A stretch of 64,000 nucleotides of DNA from Octopus vulgaris (lineage: Eukaryota), in the NCBI GenBank assembly GCA_951406725.2, contig OX597814.1:109306001-109370000 (forward strand), given 5' to 3'. This document shows, in pieces, positions 39,794 to 52,370 of the stretch. A program made the position numbers and the translations under genes. The notes below the pieces were generated by a model. The model had not been told where the DNA came from and searched no databases. It saw only the letters and a list, made by a program, of their open reading frames with translations. Numbering within the stretch: position 1 is the first letter of the stretch; every line of letters starts with the position of its first letter.

Positions 39794-39962
39794 TTACTTG
39801 TCCTCCGTATTGTTGTTGCTGCTGGGTTTCACCTTGCCGGCAGCTGCGGCTGCTGTGCTCGTTACATCGACATCGTTACTTTCGATATCACGAACTGATG
39901 TGACTGGAGTCATACAATAGAAACATTCCTTCTTGTTCATCATCTGATAAGTGATGCAGTTT
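39794..39962 (-). CDS. RNF123: RNF123 last coding exon, end of RING finger
   Basis: NCITYQMMNKKECFYCMTPVTSVRD...NTEDK then TAA. Confidence 0.95.
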
Positions 39963-41945
39963 CTGAAAGGGACACAATAACTCAGATTGAATGGATAAGA
40001 CGAATCGAAATTAAAAGATTAATGGAGGACAAGATTTATGGTGGTGGTGATAATGGTAATTCATTCCAGAGGGAGAAAGCTGACAACTTGTAGAATCTTT
40101 GAAGATGTAAATCTGTTGGGTTTCATTGCATTGACACATGTAGCATCTGTCATTGCTCTGCTGCTCACACATCATTGTTTAACATCCATTTTCCATGCTA
40201 GCATGGGTTGGACGGTTCGACCAGGGTCTGGGAAGCCAGGAGGCTGCACCAGGCTCCAGTCTGATCTGGCAGTGTTTCTACAGCTGGATGCCCTTCCTAA
40301 TGCCAACCACTCCGAGAGTGTAGTGGGTGCTCTTTACATGCCACCAGCACAGGTGCCAGGGGAGGCTGGCAAATGGACATGATCGGTTGGTGCTTTTTAT
40401 GTGCCATCGGCATGGAAGCCAGTCAAGGCGGCGCTGGCATTGACCACGTATGGGTGCTGTATTTTATGTGCCACTGGCACAGGTATCAGAACTACAATTC
40501 CATTTGATTTTTTGATGTTGTACTCAAACATACAAATGAAGTCCTGACTTCAAACATGAGACGACTTGAAGACAGAGATTCATCAGCTTATTCTGTGTTG
40601 TTAACTCAAAAATCGTTTGTTTATTTGTGGAGGGACAAAGGAAAAGTGGTTGGGGGTGTCTGGATTTGGTGGGGGATTTGTGGTATGCGTAGATAGAAGA
40701 GAAGGGAGGGGGTGAGGTCAGAAGTGAATATGACAGATTTGGCTGCAAGAATAGTGTTTTGTGAAGAATCGTGGGAAAAGAACCAACAGAGAAGGAGATT
40801 TAAGGAAGTTGGAGGAGATGATTGAACAAGGAAGGGAAATGTATGACTTTGTTTAGACACATAACTGCCTGATTGGCCCCCTCCGTGCCAGTGGCACATA
40901 AAAAGCACCATCTGAATGTGGCTGATGCCAGGCCTGCCTGACTGGCTCCCGTGCTGGTGGCATGTAAAAAGCATTATCTGAACGTGATCGATGCTAAGCC
41001 TGCATGACTGGCTCCTGGGCCAGTGGCATGTAAAAAGCACCCACTACACTCTCGAAGTGGTTGGTGTTGGGAAGGGCACCCAGCTCTAGAAACACTGCCA
41101 GATCAGATTGGAGCCTGGTGCAGCCACTGGCACTCCAGACCTCAGTCAAACCATCCAACCCATGACAGCATGGAAAACAGATGTTAAACGATGATGATGA
41201 TGATGATGACAGTTGGCAGCTTCAAAACTCATCTGTCTTCCATGCTGGCATGGGTTGGACGGTTTGACAGGATTTTATAGGTCCAAGGACTGCATCCCAC
41301 TGCTGTGTCTGCTTTCTCACATGGTTCCTATTGCTCGAGGTTGTTCCTTATGTCAACCACCTTACAGTACTTTCCTTCATCGTGTTAGCACTAGCAAAGT
41401 AGCCATGCAGCCTGTAGGACCAAGATCCTCTTCAACTGGGTGGGGTTACAGCAGAGAGGGGAGTGGGAATTGTGTTAGGGAATCAGGAGTTAAAGTATGG
41501 AGAAGGGGATAGAAGGGTACAGGTTGAGGAGTTACATGGTTAGTCATCTTAGAGAAGAGATGGTTGGAGTGATCATGCGGGACTGACCAGGGTAGAGCTG
41601 GAAAGAGATATAAATAGTAATGATGAAGTGTCAGGGTACAGCCTCAAAGTGCAAGGCGAATAGGAGTAGGGAATGTGGGTGAGTAGGGTTTGCAAAGCAT
41701 TTGAAAGAGAGGGGGGGGGGGGGGTTAAAATGGGGAACAAGTGATCAGGGTGAATATAATGAAGAACAAGCGTTGGGGGATGTATCTTTAAATCTTTAGC
41801 TTTTAACTCATATTATTGAAGCAGAAACATGATACAACTAATCGACTAGTGCAACATGTTGGAGGCTAAAGTGTTGCAGGTTTTTAAAATATATCAAGAT
41901 TATAAAATTCATTCAAAAACAAATCATTAAAACATTTGTTAAAAA

Positions 41946-42318
41946 CAGTTCTATATTTAAGAGATGAGGAATTATTTACATTATTTACATTTGACAGATA
42001 TTTGTCCTCATCTTGTTTCTTGTTAACACAACATTTCAGCTGATACACCCTCCAGCCTCCATCAGGTGTCATGGGGAAATTTCAAACCTGGGTTCTCATT
42101 TGTAAGGTGGTCGTCGTCAGCGTCGGCGTCATCATCATCATCATTATTATTATTCAGATCACTGCCTGGAATCGAACTCGGAATCTAGAGGTTAGTAGCG
42201 CATGCTCTTAACCACTACACCATATGCCCAAGATACTTAATGAAGGCTGGAGAGTATATCAGCTGAAATGTTGTGTTAACAACAAACAAGATGAGGACAA
42301 ATATCCGTCAAATGTAAA
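41946..42318 (-). mobile_element. Inverted-dimer element, copy 3 (one head missing)
   Basis: Duplication atttgttaaaaaca at 41934-41947 and 42318-42331; second arm resumes just before the hammerhead. Confidence 0.85.
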
Positions 42319-42369
42319 TTTGTTAAAAACATTTAAAACACTGAATCAGAAACAGAATAAATTTCTTAC

Positions 42370-42455
42370 CGGCATGACTTGTGACCACAAGGATCAAATA
42401 TAACAGAGATGGGATTTGCATAGCAAATAGCACATACGTCTTCATCTTTTAAAGA
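42370..42455 (-). CDS. RNF123: RNF123 exon, first part of RING finger
   Basis: [28 protein letters not shown]; C3HC4 RING pattern. Confidence 0.95.
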
Positions 42456-42519
42456 CTGAAAATAAAGGAGTTCAATTAAAAACATGAACACAACATCCAT
42501 CTATCTATGTCTATATAGA

Positions 42520-43185
42520 AATAATTACAGGGGATATCAAATTATTGGATCAGGTGATGAAAGTTACAGAGGGGGTCATAGCCCCACAAATTAGGGAGAG
42601 TGTTAGCCTAGATGAGATGCAGTTTGGCTTTGTGCCAGGTAGATGCTATATTTCTGGTAAGGCAACTGCAGGAGAAATATCTAGCCAAAAATAAACCTCT
42701 GTACTTGGCTTTTATTGACTTGGAGAAAGCCTTGACAGGGTCTTCTGATCCCTTATCTGGTGGGCGATGCAGAAACTGGGGATAGATGAGTGGTTGGTAA
42801 GAGCTGCACAAGCCCTGTATGCTGTAAGTAAGGTGAGGGTTGGCAACGAGTATAGTGAAGAATTCCAGGCAGAAGAAGGGGTTTACCAAGGATCAGTCCT
42901 CAGCTCCCACTTATTCATCATAGTCCTCCAGGTAATAATAGAGGAATTCAAGACAGGCTGCCCCTGGGAGCTCCTCTATGCTGATGACCTTGCTCTAAAA
43001 GCTGAGTCACTGCCAGAACTGGACGAAGTTTAGGGTGTGGAAGCAAGGTCTAAAATTGAAAGGCCTTAGGGTTAACCTAGCAAAAACCAAAGTCTTAGTA
43101 AGTAGGAAGGCTCTCCAGACCTCAGTCAAACCGTCCAACACATGCAGCATGGAAAACATACATTAAACAATGATGGTGATGATTA
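42520..43185 (+). mobile_element. RTE LINE RT fragment fused to its tail
   Basis: MQFGFVPG, LAFIDLEKA, YQGSVLS and LLYADDL motifs; same family as 9036. Confidence 0.9.
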
Positions 43186-43597
43186 TTGTATCTATCCCTT
43201 TATCTATCATGGTATCAACCATCACTGATCACAATGTGCTTTGCATTGTTTTAGCTTTCCAATGATACTACCCTGCTGGCTCGGTGAGCAGGTCAACATC
43301 TCTCTGATCTGAGGGCTGTTCTGTTGTAGGGTGACCCATTTACAGTTGAGCGGACTGGAACGACATGAAATGAAGTGTTTCACTCAAGAACACAAATCCA
43401 CTCACAAGGCTTTGATTGTCCTGGGGCTCTAGTTGAAGACACTTGCCCAAGGAGCCATGCAATGAGACAGAACACGGAAGCATGCAGTTGGGAAGAAAAC
43501 TTCTTACCACACAGCCACGCCTGTAAACTGACGATGTTTTACTAAGAAAAATTAACTTCAGTTACGTTTAATTGAATTAAATAATTAGCATATTTAC

Positions 43598-43689
43598 CTT
43601 CTGTTGTTTTGACTTATTGTCAATCTCATTTTGTAGATATTCTATCAAGTCTTCAACCTGTTTGATTTCTTCACTGTTTACTTGGCTGA
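43598..43689 (-). CDS. RNF123: RNF123 exon
   Basis: ISQVNSEEIKQVEDLIEYLQNEIDNKSKQQK; AG/GT, phase 1/0. Confidence 0.88.
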
Positions 43690-43873
43690 CTGATAAAACA
43701 ACAACAACAACAAAACCAATGAGCTTTCATCAGATGATATCTTGTGACAAAAGGATGAAACATGTCTGAACACCAGAAGGGTTTCACTCAAGGGTTCATG
43801 GATTTTAAGTGAAGATTACAAAACCACAAACTGGAAGAACCTGCTTGTATGTGTGTGGGGCATTTAGGTATAT

Positions 43874-44102
43874 GGCGGTGAGCTGGCAGAATCGTTAGCA
43901 TGCCGGGCGAAATGCCTAGTGGTATTTCATCTGCCGTTACGTTCTGAGTTCAAATTCCGCCGAGGTCGACTTTGCCTTTCATCCATTCGGGGTCGATAAA
44001 TTAAGTACCAGTTACGCACTGGGGTCGATGTAATCGACTTAATCCACGTGTCTGTCCTTGTTTATCCCCTCTGTGTTTAGCCCCTTGTGGGTAGTAAAGA
44101 AA
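43874..44102 (+). mobile_element. tRNA-derived SINE family B (Meta-like central domain); representative copy
   Basis: Head gagctggcagaatcgttagc...gagttcaaattcc, core gcctttcatcc.ttcggggtcgataaattaagtaccag; TSD taggtatat. Further copies near 7400-7790, 26197-26410, 33716-33930, 48960-49353, 52440-52835, 57745-58535 and 63474-63663. Confidence 0.88.
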
Positions 44103-44911
44103 TAGGTATATGTGGGGTGAAGGCATGTGGCTTAGGTGTTAGAGATATTTGGATCATGATCCGAAGGTTGTGAGTTCAATACCCGGCAGCATGCTGTGTC
44201 CTTGAGAGAGAGATGTTTATTTCATGTGGCTCAGTCCACTTGGCTGGCAAAAATGTGTTGTGCCTGTAATTTAAAGGGGCCAGCATTGTCACATTCTGTG
44301 TGAGGCCGAATCTCCCGGAGAACTACAATAAGGGCCCACATGTCTGTGGAGTGTTCTGTACATTAATTTCACAAGCAGATTGTTCTGCTGATCGGCACAA
44401 CTGGAACCCTCATCATCATAACTGATGGAATGTGTGTCAGTGTGTGTGTGTGTGTATAACCGTGTCTTGACATCATGGGATAGTTGTAAATGAGTGTCAC
44501 CGTCATACAAGGTGTTGTTCATTTCTGATTTAGCCATGGGAAATATTACTTTGCTTTGAAACAAGTGTGACTCTGTGTCAGTTGAGAAATTTAAAGTATA
44601 GAAGGGACAGATATGGGGGCCTTGCAGTAAACACATGGATACCCCAGATGGAGCAGGAGAGTAAGATAGAAAGAGTGATAATGAGAGAGAGAGAGAGGTG
44701 ATGGCGAAGATGTGCCGGGACATGCCCTGTGCATGCTCATCGGTGTCACCAGTGCCAAAAAGTACTGATATCAAAACAGGCTGAATGTCCAATCAGCCAT
44801 GCCACATCATCAGCTCCCAAACAGCTGTGCCCAATTGTCTCATGCTAACTTTGTATGTGTGTGTGTGTGTGTGTGTGTAAGCATAAAAAAGAGAAAACAA
44901 ACAACACCTAC

Positions 44912-45045
44912 TTTCTCTGAGATTAAACTGTTTCTTATAAGTTGTGACATCAATCTCAGCACATTCATCCTGTCCCAGGAGGAAGTTTAAAGAATTTATT
45001 TGGAACAAGGGTTCGGAGAGAAGTACGTTACAAACACGTGAATCC
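44912..45045 (-). CDS. RNF123: RNF123 exon
   Basis: DSRVCNVLLSEPLFQINSLNFLLGQ...QFNLRE; phases match both neighbours. Confidence 0.9.
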
Positions 45046-45289
45046 CTGGACAAAAGGAAACAAAAGAGGAGGAGTTATTGTACAAACACAAACAAAACAT
45101 ATCGTAACAAAAGGTCATTGATTAAATCTTTTATTTAATTATTTCCTTTAAAAACCAACCAATAAATCGTTAATTTACTTTGTTGGGTCTACTTTTCCAT
45201 GACAGTCTGTCTTTGATGAGGTGGAGACCACATTTTGCTTGAGATCTCTTTGATTTGATGCTCTTCCCAGCAGCAATCACTTAGAATGT

Positions 45290-45883
45290 AATACGCTCTT
45301 AAATATGGTTTCTGATTACAAATATCTTGGGTCATACATATCATTATCTGAAAAAGATTTTCTAATTAGAAAGGGTATGGCCTGGTCAGCCTGTAATGAT
45401 ATGCATAAGATCTGGTCATCAAATCTAAGTAGAGATTTCAAACTTAAAATCTTCAAAGCCACAGTCGAACCAATTCTACTATGGCTCAGAAACCTGGACG
45501 TTATCAAAGAAGCTTGAGAGGCGGTTGGATGGAACTTACACTTACCTCCTTATGAGAGCTCAAAATCTCTCATGGAAGCGTCATCCAACCAAAGTACAAA
45601 TATATGGGAAATTACCACCTGTATCATCTCTTGTGAAAGGTAGAAGAGTCCAGTTTGCTGGACATTGTTGTAGAGCTGAAAACGAGGTAATTTCTACTCT
45701 TCTTCTCTGGAAGCCATCTGCTCGTGATACCAGAGGGTGCACACTTTCCTACCCTGATGTAATCTCCAGGGATACAGGCATCCAGTAACAGGACCTCCGT
45801 AATGCTATGATGGACTGTGAAGTCTGGTGTAACATAGTAAATTCCATTGTCTCGACCACGGTTGAACAATGATGATGATGATG
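45290..45883 (+). mobile_element. RTE-type LINE 3' end (second family)
   Basis: YKYLGS...VEPILL/YGSETWTL...RRVQFAGHC; ends in (TGA)n. Confidence 0.88.
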
Positions 45884-46209
45884 AGTGCATTTTATTGTGA
45901 CACCAGCATTAGAAGGGTTGTCATGTTTTATATCAAGATTATTTTCTTTTCTTCTTAATAGGCACAGGCGTGGCTGTGTGGTTAAGAAGCTTGCTTCTCA
46001 ACTGTGTGGGTTCAGATTCAGTCACACTGTATGACACCATGGGCTGATCCTGGGTCAACCAAAGCCTGTCATATGTATATGTGTGTGTGTGTGTGTGTGT
46101 TTGAGTGGAATCTTGTCTAGATACCACATAATACCTTCTAAATCTTTTGAAAGTTAAGATGATCTTGATGGAGGATAAGCCAATAGCTATAATCCCCTGT
46201 AATTCTTAC

Positions 46210-46300
46210 CTCCGTTCTGGATCTTTTGAAGAAAGAATTAACCGAATTAGTATTCCAACAGTTGCTGCAACAATTGGATAATGAGTGACAACTTCCATTC
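46210..46300 (-). CDS. RNF123: RNF123 exon
   Basis: MEVVTHYPIVAATVGILIRLILSSKDPER; AG acceptor and GTAAG donor. Confidence 0.92.
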
Positions 46301-47304
46301 CTACAGAAGAATATACAAAGATATTCACATTAGCAGGGAGAAATCAATGAGGGGTGAACTTTACAAATATACAGAAATATATATATTAATGGTATTATGT
46401 TAAAACATAAGCATGTATATAAAGGTATATCAGCACCACGACTAGTAACACAATCTACTCCAATAAATTTCTTATGACCCATGCAGCCATGGAAAAGAGG
46501 ATATTAGATGGTGGTGCCACCTGTGTGATACCATGTAAAAGTGCGTGTGCATCATCAGGTAAAACACTCATGCGGTGCCATGTAAAAGCACTCAGGACAC
46601 TCTGTATAGTGGTTGGCGTTAGGAAGGGTATCCAGCCATAGACACCATGCCATAACAGACAACCGGAGTCTGGTGCAGCCCTCCAGCTTGTCAGCTCCAG
46701 TCAAACCGTCCAACCCATCCTAGCATGGACTACGTTAAATGATGATGATGAGGAGGATTTTAGTTATCTAAACAAGTAGTGTTATGTACCTTATCCATCC
46801 TCATCAGCATCACCAATTAATATCCATGCTCCATGCTGGCATGGGTTGGAGGGTTTAACAGAATCTTACAAATCCAAGAACTGCATTGAACTCCAATTGT
46901 CTGTTTTGGTAGGGTTTCTATACACTGGGCACCCTTTCCTAACACCAACAACCTCACAGAATGGACTGGGTGTTTTTCTTGTGGCAAAATGGTTCCACAT
47001 CAACTTCAAGGTTCAGGGTTAACAATAGAAGGTATTACTTCATAATTAGTTAAATTAGAAGTTTAATAATTAGATTCATTAAACATATTATTAACCCAAT
47101 GTACTCTGATACTCTCAACAGCTTGATATTGTATGGAGACTCTTGTAACTTTTCTTTAATTACTTTATAATTTCCTATTTAATCTCTGCAGCAATAGTAC
47201 AACTACTGACCCTTAATCTCTTCAGCTACCATCACTGCAGACTCTTAACCTTTGCAGCTAGCACCATTGTTAGCCCTAAGTCATGATACCTAACACTATT
47301 GTTG

Positions 47305-47552
47305 GTACATTATTTACATTTGACGGATATTTTCCTCATCTTGTTTGTTGTTAACACAAGATTTTGGCTGATATACCCTCCAGCCTTTATCAGGTGTCTT
47401 GGGGAAATTTCAAACCTGGGTTCTCAATCCTAAGGTATTTTTCGATGTTGTTGTTGTTGTTATTGTTATTATTCAGGTCACTGCCTGGAATTAAACTCAG
47501 AATCTTGGGGTTAGTAGCCAGCGCTCTTAACTACTACGCCATATGCCCATGG

Positions 47553-47591
<39 letters not shown>

Positions 47592-47758
47592 CAACAACAT
47601 CGAAAAATACCTTAGGAATGAGAACCCAGGTTCAAGACACCTGGTGAAGGCTGGAGGGTATATCAGCCAAAACGTGTTAACAACAAACAAGATGAGGACA
47701 AATATCCGTTAAATGTAAATAATGTACATAATTCCTCATCTCTTAAATATAGAACTGT
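47305..47758 (+). mobile_element. Inverted-dimer element, copy 4 (one head missing)
   Basis: Perfect duplication actattgttggt at 47295-47306 and 47759-47770. Confidence 0.85.
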
Positions 47759-47812
47759 ACTATTGTTGGTTCCTGTATCTTATAGAATTAAAAATAAAAA
47801 GAGATGACAAAC

Positions 47813-47888
47813 CTGGTAAGGGCAATGAAATCACATTTTCAAACATGCCGTTGCGGGTTGCAATTCTATTTAGTATTTGGCACAACAA
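47813..47888 (-). CDS. RNF123: RNF123 exon
   Basis: LLCQILNRIATRNGMFENVISLPLPG; AG/GT. Confidence 0.92.
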
Positions 47889-49397
47889 CTGAAACAGAAA
47901 TTATCATTATTTACACAATTATCAACAATAAATACATGTTGCATTTGTGGCTGAGTAGGTGAGGTGTTACTCAGAATTGCCAGATTGTAGGTTCAATTTC
48001 TGGTGGCATGTTGTGTTTTTGAGCAAAGCACTTTGTTTCAATTCGGTCTGGTGTTATGTAGGGACGAGCACATCAATGAATAGACCCAAATTTCCTCTGT
48101 GTGTTATAAATGGTGACTAAGAGAGGTTGAGGTAGGATTAGCATTTGAACCTCATAAAACCCTCACCAGCAACAACTACTCAAAACAGACCCCAGGAGAG
48201 GAGGGCTGTGGCCTGTGTGGTGCAAAGGGGTAGAAATCACCAACAAAAGGTGGATTTAGCAACATGCTGTTACAGCACATACATCTATACTACTATTATC
48301 ACCACCACCACCATGTAAAAAACACCATTCGAACGTGGTCGATGCCAGTGACCCCTGACTGGCTCCTGTGCCGGTGGCACATATAAAGCACTCATTATAC
48401 TCTCAGAATGGTTGGCATTAGGAAGGGCATCCATCTGTAGAAACCTTGCCAGATCAGATTGGAGCCTGGTGCAGCCACTGGCTCTCCAGATCTCAGTCAA
48501 ACAATCCAACCCATACCAGCAAGGAAAACGGATGTTAAACGATGATGAAGATGTAAAGGGTGCAGCAGAAAAACAAAAATCCATCTTACAGCTTGTCAAA
48601 CATTTTAACAGCAAATGCACAGTGTGCACCAAAGTCGTCATTGTCGCTGTGGTCGTCATCATCTAATGCCTGTTTACCAACGCTGGCATGGGTTGGATGG
48701 TTTGACAGGAGCTGGTAAGGCCAGGTGTCACACCAGGTTCCATTGTTTCTACAGCTGGATGCCATTCTTAGTGCCAACCACCTTACATAGTACACTGGAT
48801 GCTTTTTACATGGCACCAACACCAACAGGGTCATCAAGTACCTTGCAAGACAAAACCCCCTCCACTGGGAATGGGGAGTAGTATTGAGGTGGGTGTGGTT
48901 TTGTACCAGTTGAGAAATTTAAGGCATATAAAAGACAGGACATGGAAGTTAAATAATTCTTTCTCCTGGAAGTACAAGGCCTCAAATTCAGGGGAAGTGA
49001 TTAAGTCAATTACACCAACTCCAGTGTGTAACGGTACTTATTTAATTGACCCCAAAAGGATGAAAAGCAAAGTCGAAATTGGCAGAATTTGGATTCAGAA
49101 CATAGCGGCAGACGAAATACCTATTTCTTTACTACCCACAAGGGGCTAAACACAGAGAGGACAAACAAGGACAGACAAACGGATTAAGTCCATTATATCG
49201 ACCCCAGTGTGTAACTGGTACTTATTTAATCAACCCCGAAAAGATGAAAAGCAAAGTCGACCTTGGTGGAATTTGAACTCAGAACGTAACGGCAGACGAA
49301 ATACCGCTAAGCATTTCGCCCGGTGTGCTAACGATTCTGCCAGCTCGCTGCCTTCATGAAAGTTAAATAATAATGATGATAATGATGAAAGACTTAC

Positions 49398-49586
49398 TTG
49401 TATTAATCTGGTGAGGAGAAGTTCACTTGATGACTTTGAATAATCTGTAAAAAATTCCGGTGAAATGGAGACTATCATCTCGACCACACGGAGAAGAGAG
49501 ATAGTGATTTGAAAGCATGTGGCACAAAACTTAAGTTGACGAGTATCTATAAACCATGGCTCAGTTTTGCTGACTACTTGCTGAAT
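49398..49586 (-). CDS. RNF123: RNF123 exon
   Basis: IQQVVSKTEPWFIDTRQLKFCATCFQITISLLRVVEM...LLLTRLIQ; 189 nt, phase 0/0. Confidence 0.95.
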
Positions 49587-49714
49587 CTGGAATGTGAAGA
49601 AGGACGAAAAGGTAAAAACAAACATTTGATGATAACTCAATCAGACACCACAATAAATAAAAAGGTCCAAGAATATTAAGTAATCATAGTATATATATAA
49701 GTGGACTTTGTAAA

Positions 49715-50482
49715 TAAGAGGTCTGATGAAAAAGTGTTGGGACTGGTGCTATGAAAAGAAATCTACAACACAGATCATCAATTCAGCATTTAATCTCCTT
49801 CAAAGTAGTCCCCTTCGGAAGCCACACACTTAATCCAGTGTTGTTTCCGTTGATGAAAGCATTCTTGGAATTCCAATTTTATAACATTCTCTTCGATTTC
49901 CTTAATGTCTTGAAATCTTGCTGAGGTTTTCCACTATGAAGACTGAGCTTTGGTTTCAGGGTCATAGCCATAGGCCCATGATTTGTCATCTGTTATAACT
50001 GTTTTCAAAAAGTTCTCATCTTCCTTGATGCAATCAAAGAGATCCTGCACAGCTGAAACCCAATCTCTTTGAGATGACCACACTCTAAACACCAAACTTC
50101 CAAGCACTGCCATAAACAACAGAAGTGAGCAAGAACGTTATAACTTAGTGGTCATACATGATAAAGTCCAAATGGCTTAACTCTGCCTATTAAATTTGTT
50201 ATCATAGAAAAAAAAAAAATGTTCCTTCTCAAGCCATGCCAGACTCATAAGGGCCGGTTTCCCAGTTTCTGTAGCGTAGAAATTTCCCACCCGGATGGGA
50301 CGCCGGTCCGTTGCAGGTTTGATCATGTTTGCCAGCTGAGTGAACTGGAGCAACGTGAAATGAAGTGTTTTGCTCATGAACACAACGCATCGCCCGCTCC
50401 AGGAATCGAAACCATAATCTTACAATCATGAGTTCGCCTTCACCATAGCAACAGTCCTGATACTTTTTGATCAGACCATGTA
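49715..50482 (-). mobile_element. Internally deleted mariner with a nested SINE
   Basis: TIRs ta.gaggtctgat.aaaaagt...ggactg at both ends, TA flanks; ITDDKSWAYGYDPETKAQS motif. Confidence 0.85.
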
Positions 50483-51034
50483 AACCCTATTTATTCAGGT
50501 ATAAGTCACTATTTTGTACTCTGTTTTAACTGAGAAAACTAGGGCGTGACTCACCCGCAGGGTAAGGGTAACACTATGAGAAACAAAAGTTGCACTAAGA
50601 TTTAACACTAAATTAGGGGCACGACTTACACCTGAGTAATCATGGGAAATAGATCAAGAAAGGAAACAAACAAGAAGAAAATGTCTTTGATTTTTGCTTC
50701 ATTTCTTTCTTTTTTTTTTTGCATAATATCAAATATGTCTTCCTGTAAGGGTTTGTTAAGATATAATATTCGAAGAATGGAATTGGATGAGAAAAAGAAA
50801 CAAGAAAAAAATCAAAAAGTCATACATTGTTATCATTGACATTATTTAATATCCATTTTCTATGCTGGCATGGGTTGGACGCTTGATATGGAAAGTGGAT
50901 GTTAAATGACAACTTTCAACTTTCTGTTCTTTTTTCTTGTTTCTTTTCCTAATCCAATTCCATCCTTCATCTCTCAAAAGTTATATCTTAATAAACCCTT
51001 ACAAAAAGACATTTTTTTTCGTAAAAAACACATC

Positions 51035-51810
51035 GCGTAGGAGTGGCTATGTGGTAAGTAGCTTGCTTACCAACTACATGGTTCTGGGTTCAGTCCCACT
51101 GCGTGGCACCTTGGGCAAGTGTCTTCTACTATAGTCTCAGGCCGACCAAAGCCTTGTGAGTGGATTTGGTAGACGGAAACTGAAAGAAGCCCATTGTATA
51201 TATATATATATATATATGAGTGTGTATATGTTTGTGTGTCTGTGTTTGTCCCCCAACCCAACATCGCTTGACAACTGATGCTGGTGTGTTTACGTCCCTG
51301 TAACTTAGCGGTTCGGCAAAAGAGACCGATAGAATAAGTACTAGGCTTACAAAGAATAAGCCCTGGGGTCGATTTGCTCGACTAAAGGCAGTGCTCCAGC
51401 ATGGCCACAGTCAAATGACTGAAACAAGTAAAAGGGTATATTTTTTTCTTTTATGTCTTAATTGCTTCAGTCATTAGACTGTGGCCATGCTGGGGCACCA
51501 CCTTGTACTTTTGTTTTGCTTAAAGCCTGGTACTTACTCTATTGGTGTCTTTTGCCAAACTGCTAAGTTACAGGGACATAAATACACCAACTCTGGTTGT
51601 CATGTGAGATGATGGGGAACAAACACAAACACTCACGCGTGCACACACATATACACACACAACAGGCTTCTTTTCAGTTTCCGTCTACCAAATCCACTCA
51701 CAAGGCTTTGGTTGGACCAAGGCTATAGTAAAAGACAAGGTGTCACACAGCAGGACTGAACCTGGAACCATGTAGTTGGGAAACAGACTTCTCAACCACA
51801 CAGACATGCC
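51035..51810. mobile_element. Two family A SINEs, tail to tail
   Basis: Plus copy about 51035-51436; minus copy about 51455-51810. Confidence 0.85.
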
Positions 51811-52059
51811 CTCAAAACACTTCAGTTTACAAGCATTTTCTGAGGTGTGAGATCCAGGAGTCTAATATAACATCCAGAACCACAGAATGCTACATGGGCA
51901 ATCTTAGAATAAGAGTCAGGGCTATTTTAATAAGTTTAAACCTTCACAAACCAGCAGACAAGAGTTATATGGAACAGACTGGTCACTATAGCAACACCAG
52001 TTTGCATGTCATTCCCCACCACCATATATCTGTGTAAAGATAGCAGTTCTATTACTTTT

Positions 52060-52370
52060 TATTTATGTGCCATTTTCAAGCCTAGCCAGGCTCATGGGCC
52101 CGGTTTCCTGGTTTCTGTGGCATATGTGTTCCCCCCAGCTGGACGGGATGCCAGTGCATTGCAGCGTTACTCAAGAAACAGGAAGAGAGAGTGAGAGAAA
52201 GTTGGGGAAAAAGAGTGCAACAGGGGTCGCCACCACCCCCTGCCAGAGCCTCGTGGAGCTTTTAGGTGTTTTCGCTCAATAAATACACACAACGCCTGGT
52301 CAGGGAATCGAAACCGTGATCCTCCGACTGCGAGTCCACTGCCATAACCAATGGGCCATTGCACCTCCAC
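52060..52370 (-). mobile_element. tRNA-derived SINE family C
   Basis: Minus-strand head ggaggtgcaatggccc...ggtttcgattccc. Related heads and cores at 18412-18660 (+), 50217-50445 (-), 44117-44430 (+), 59370-59700 (-) and 28995-29295 (-). Confidence 0.75.
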
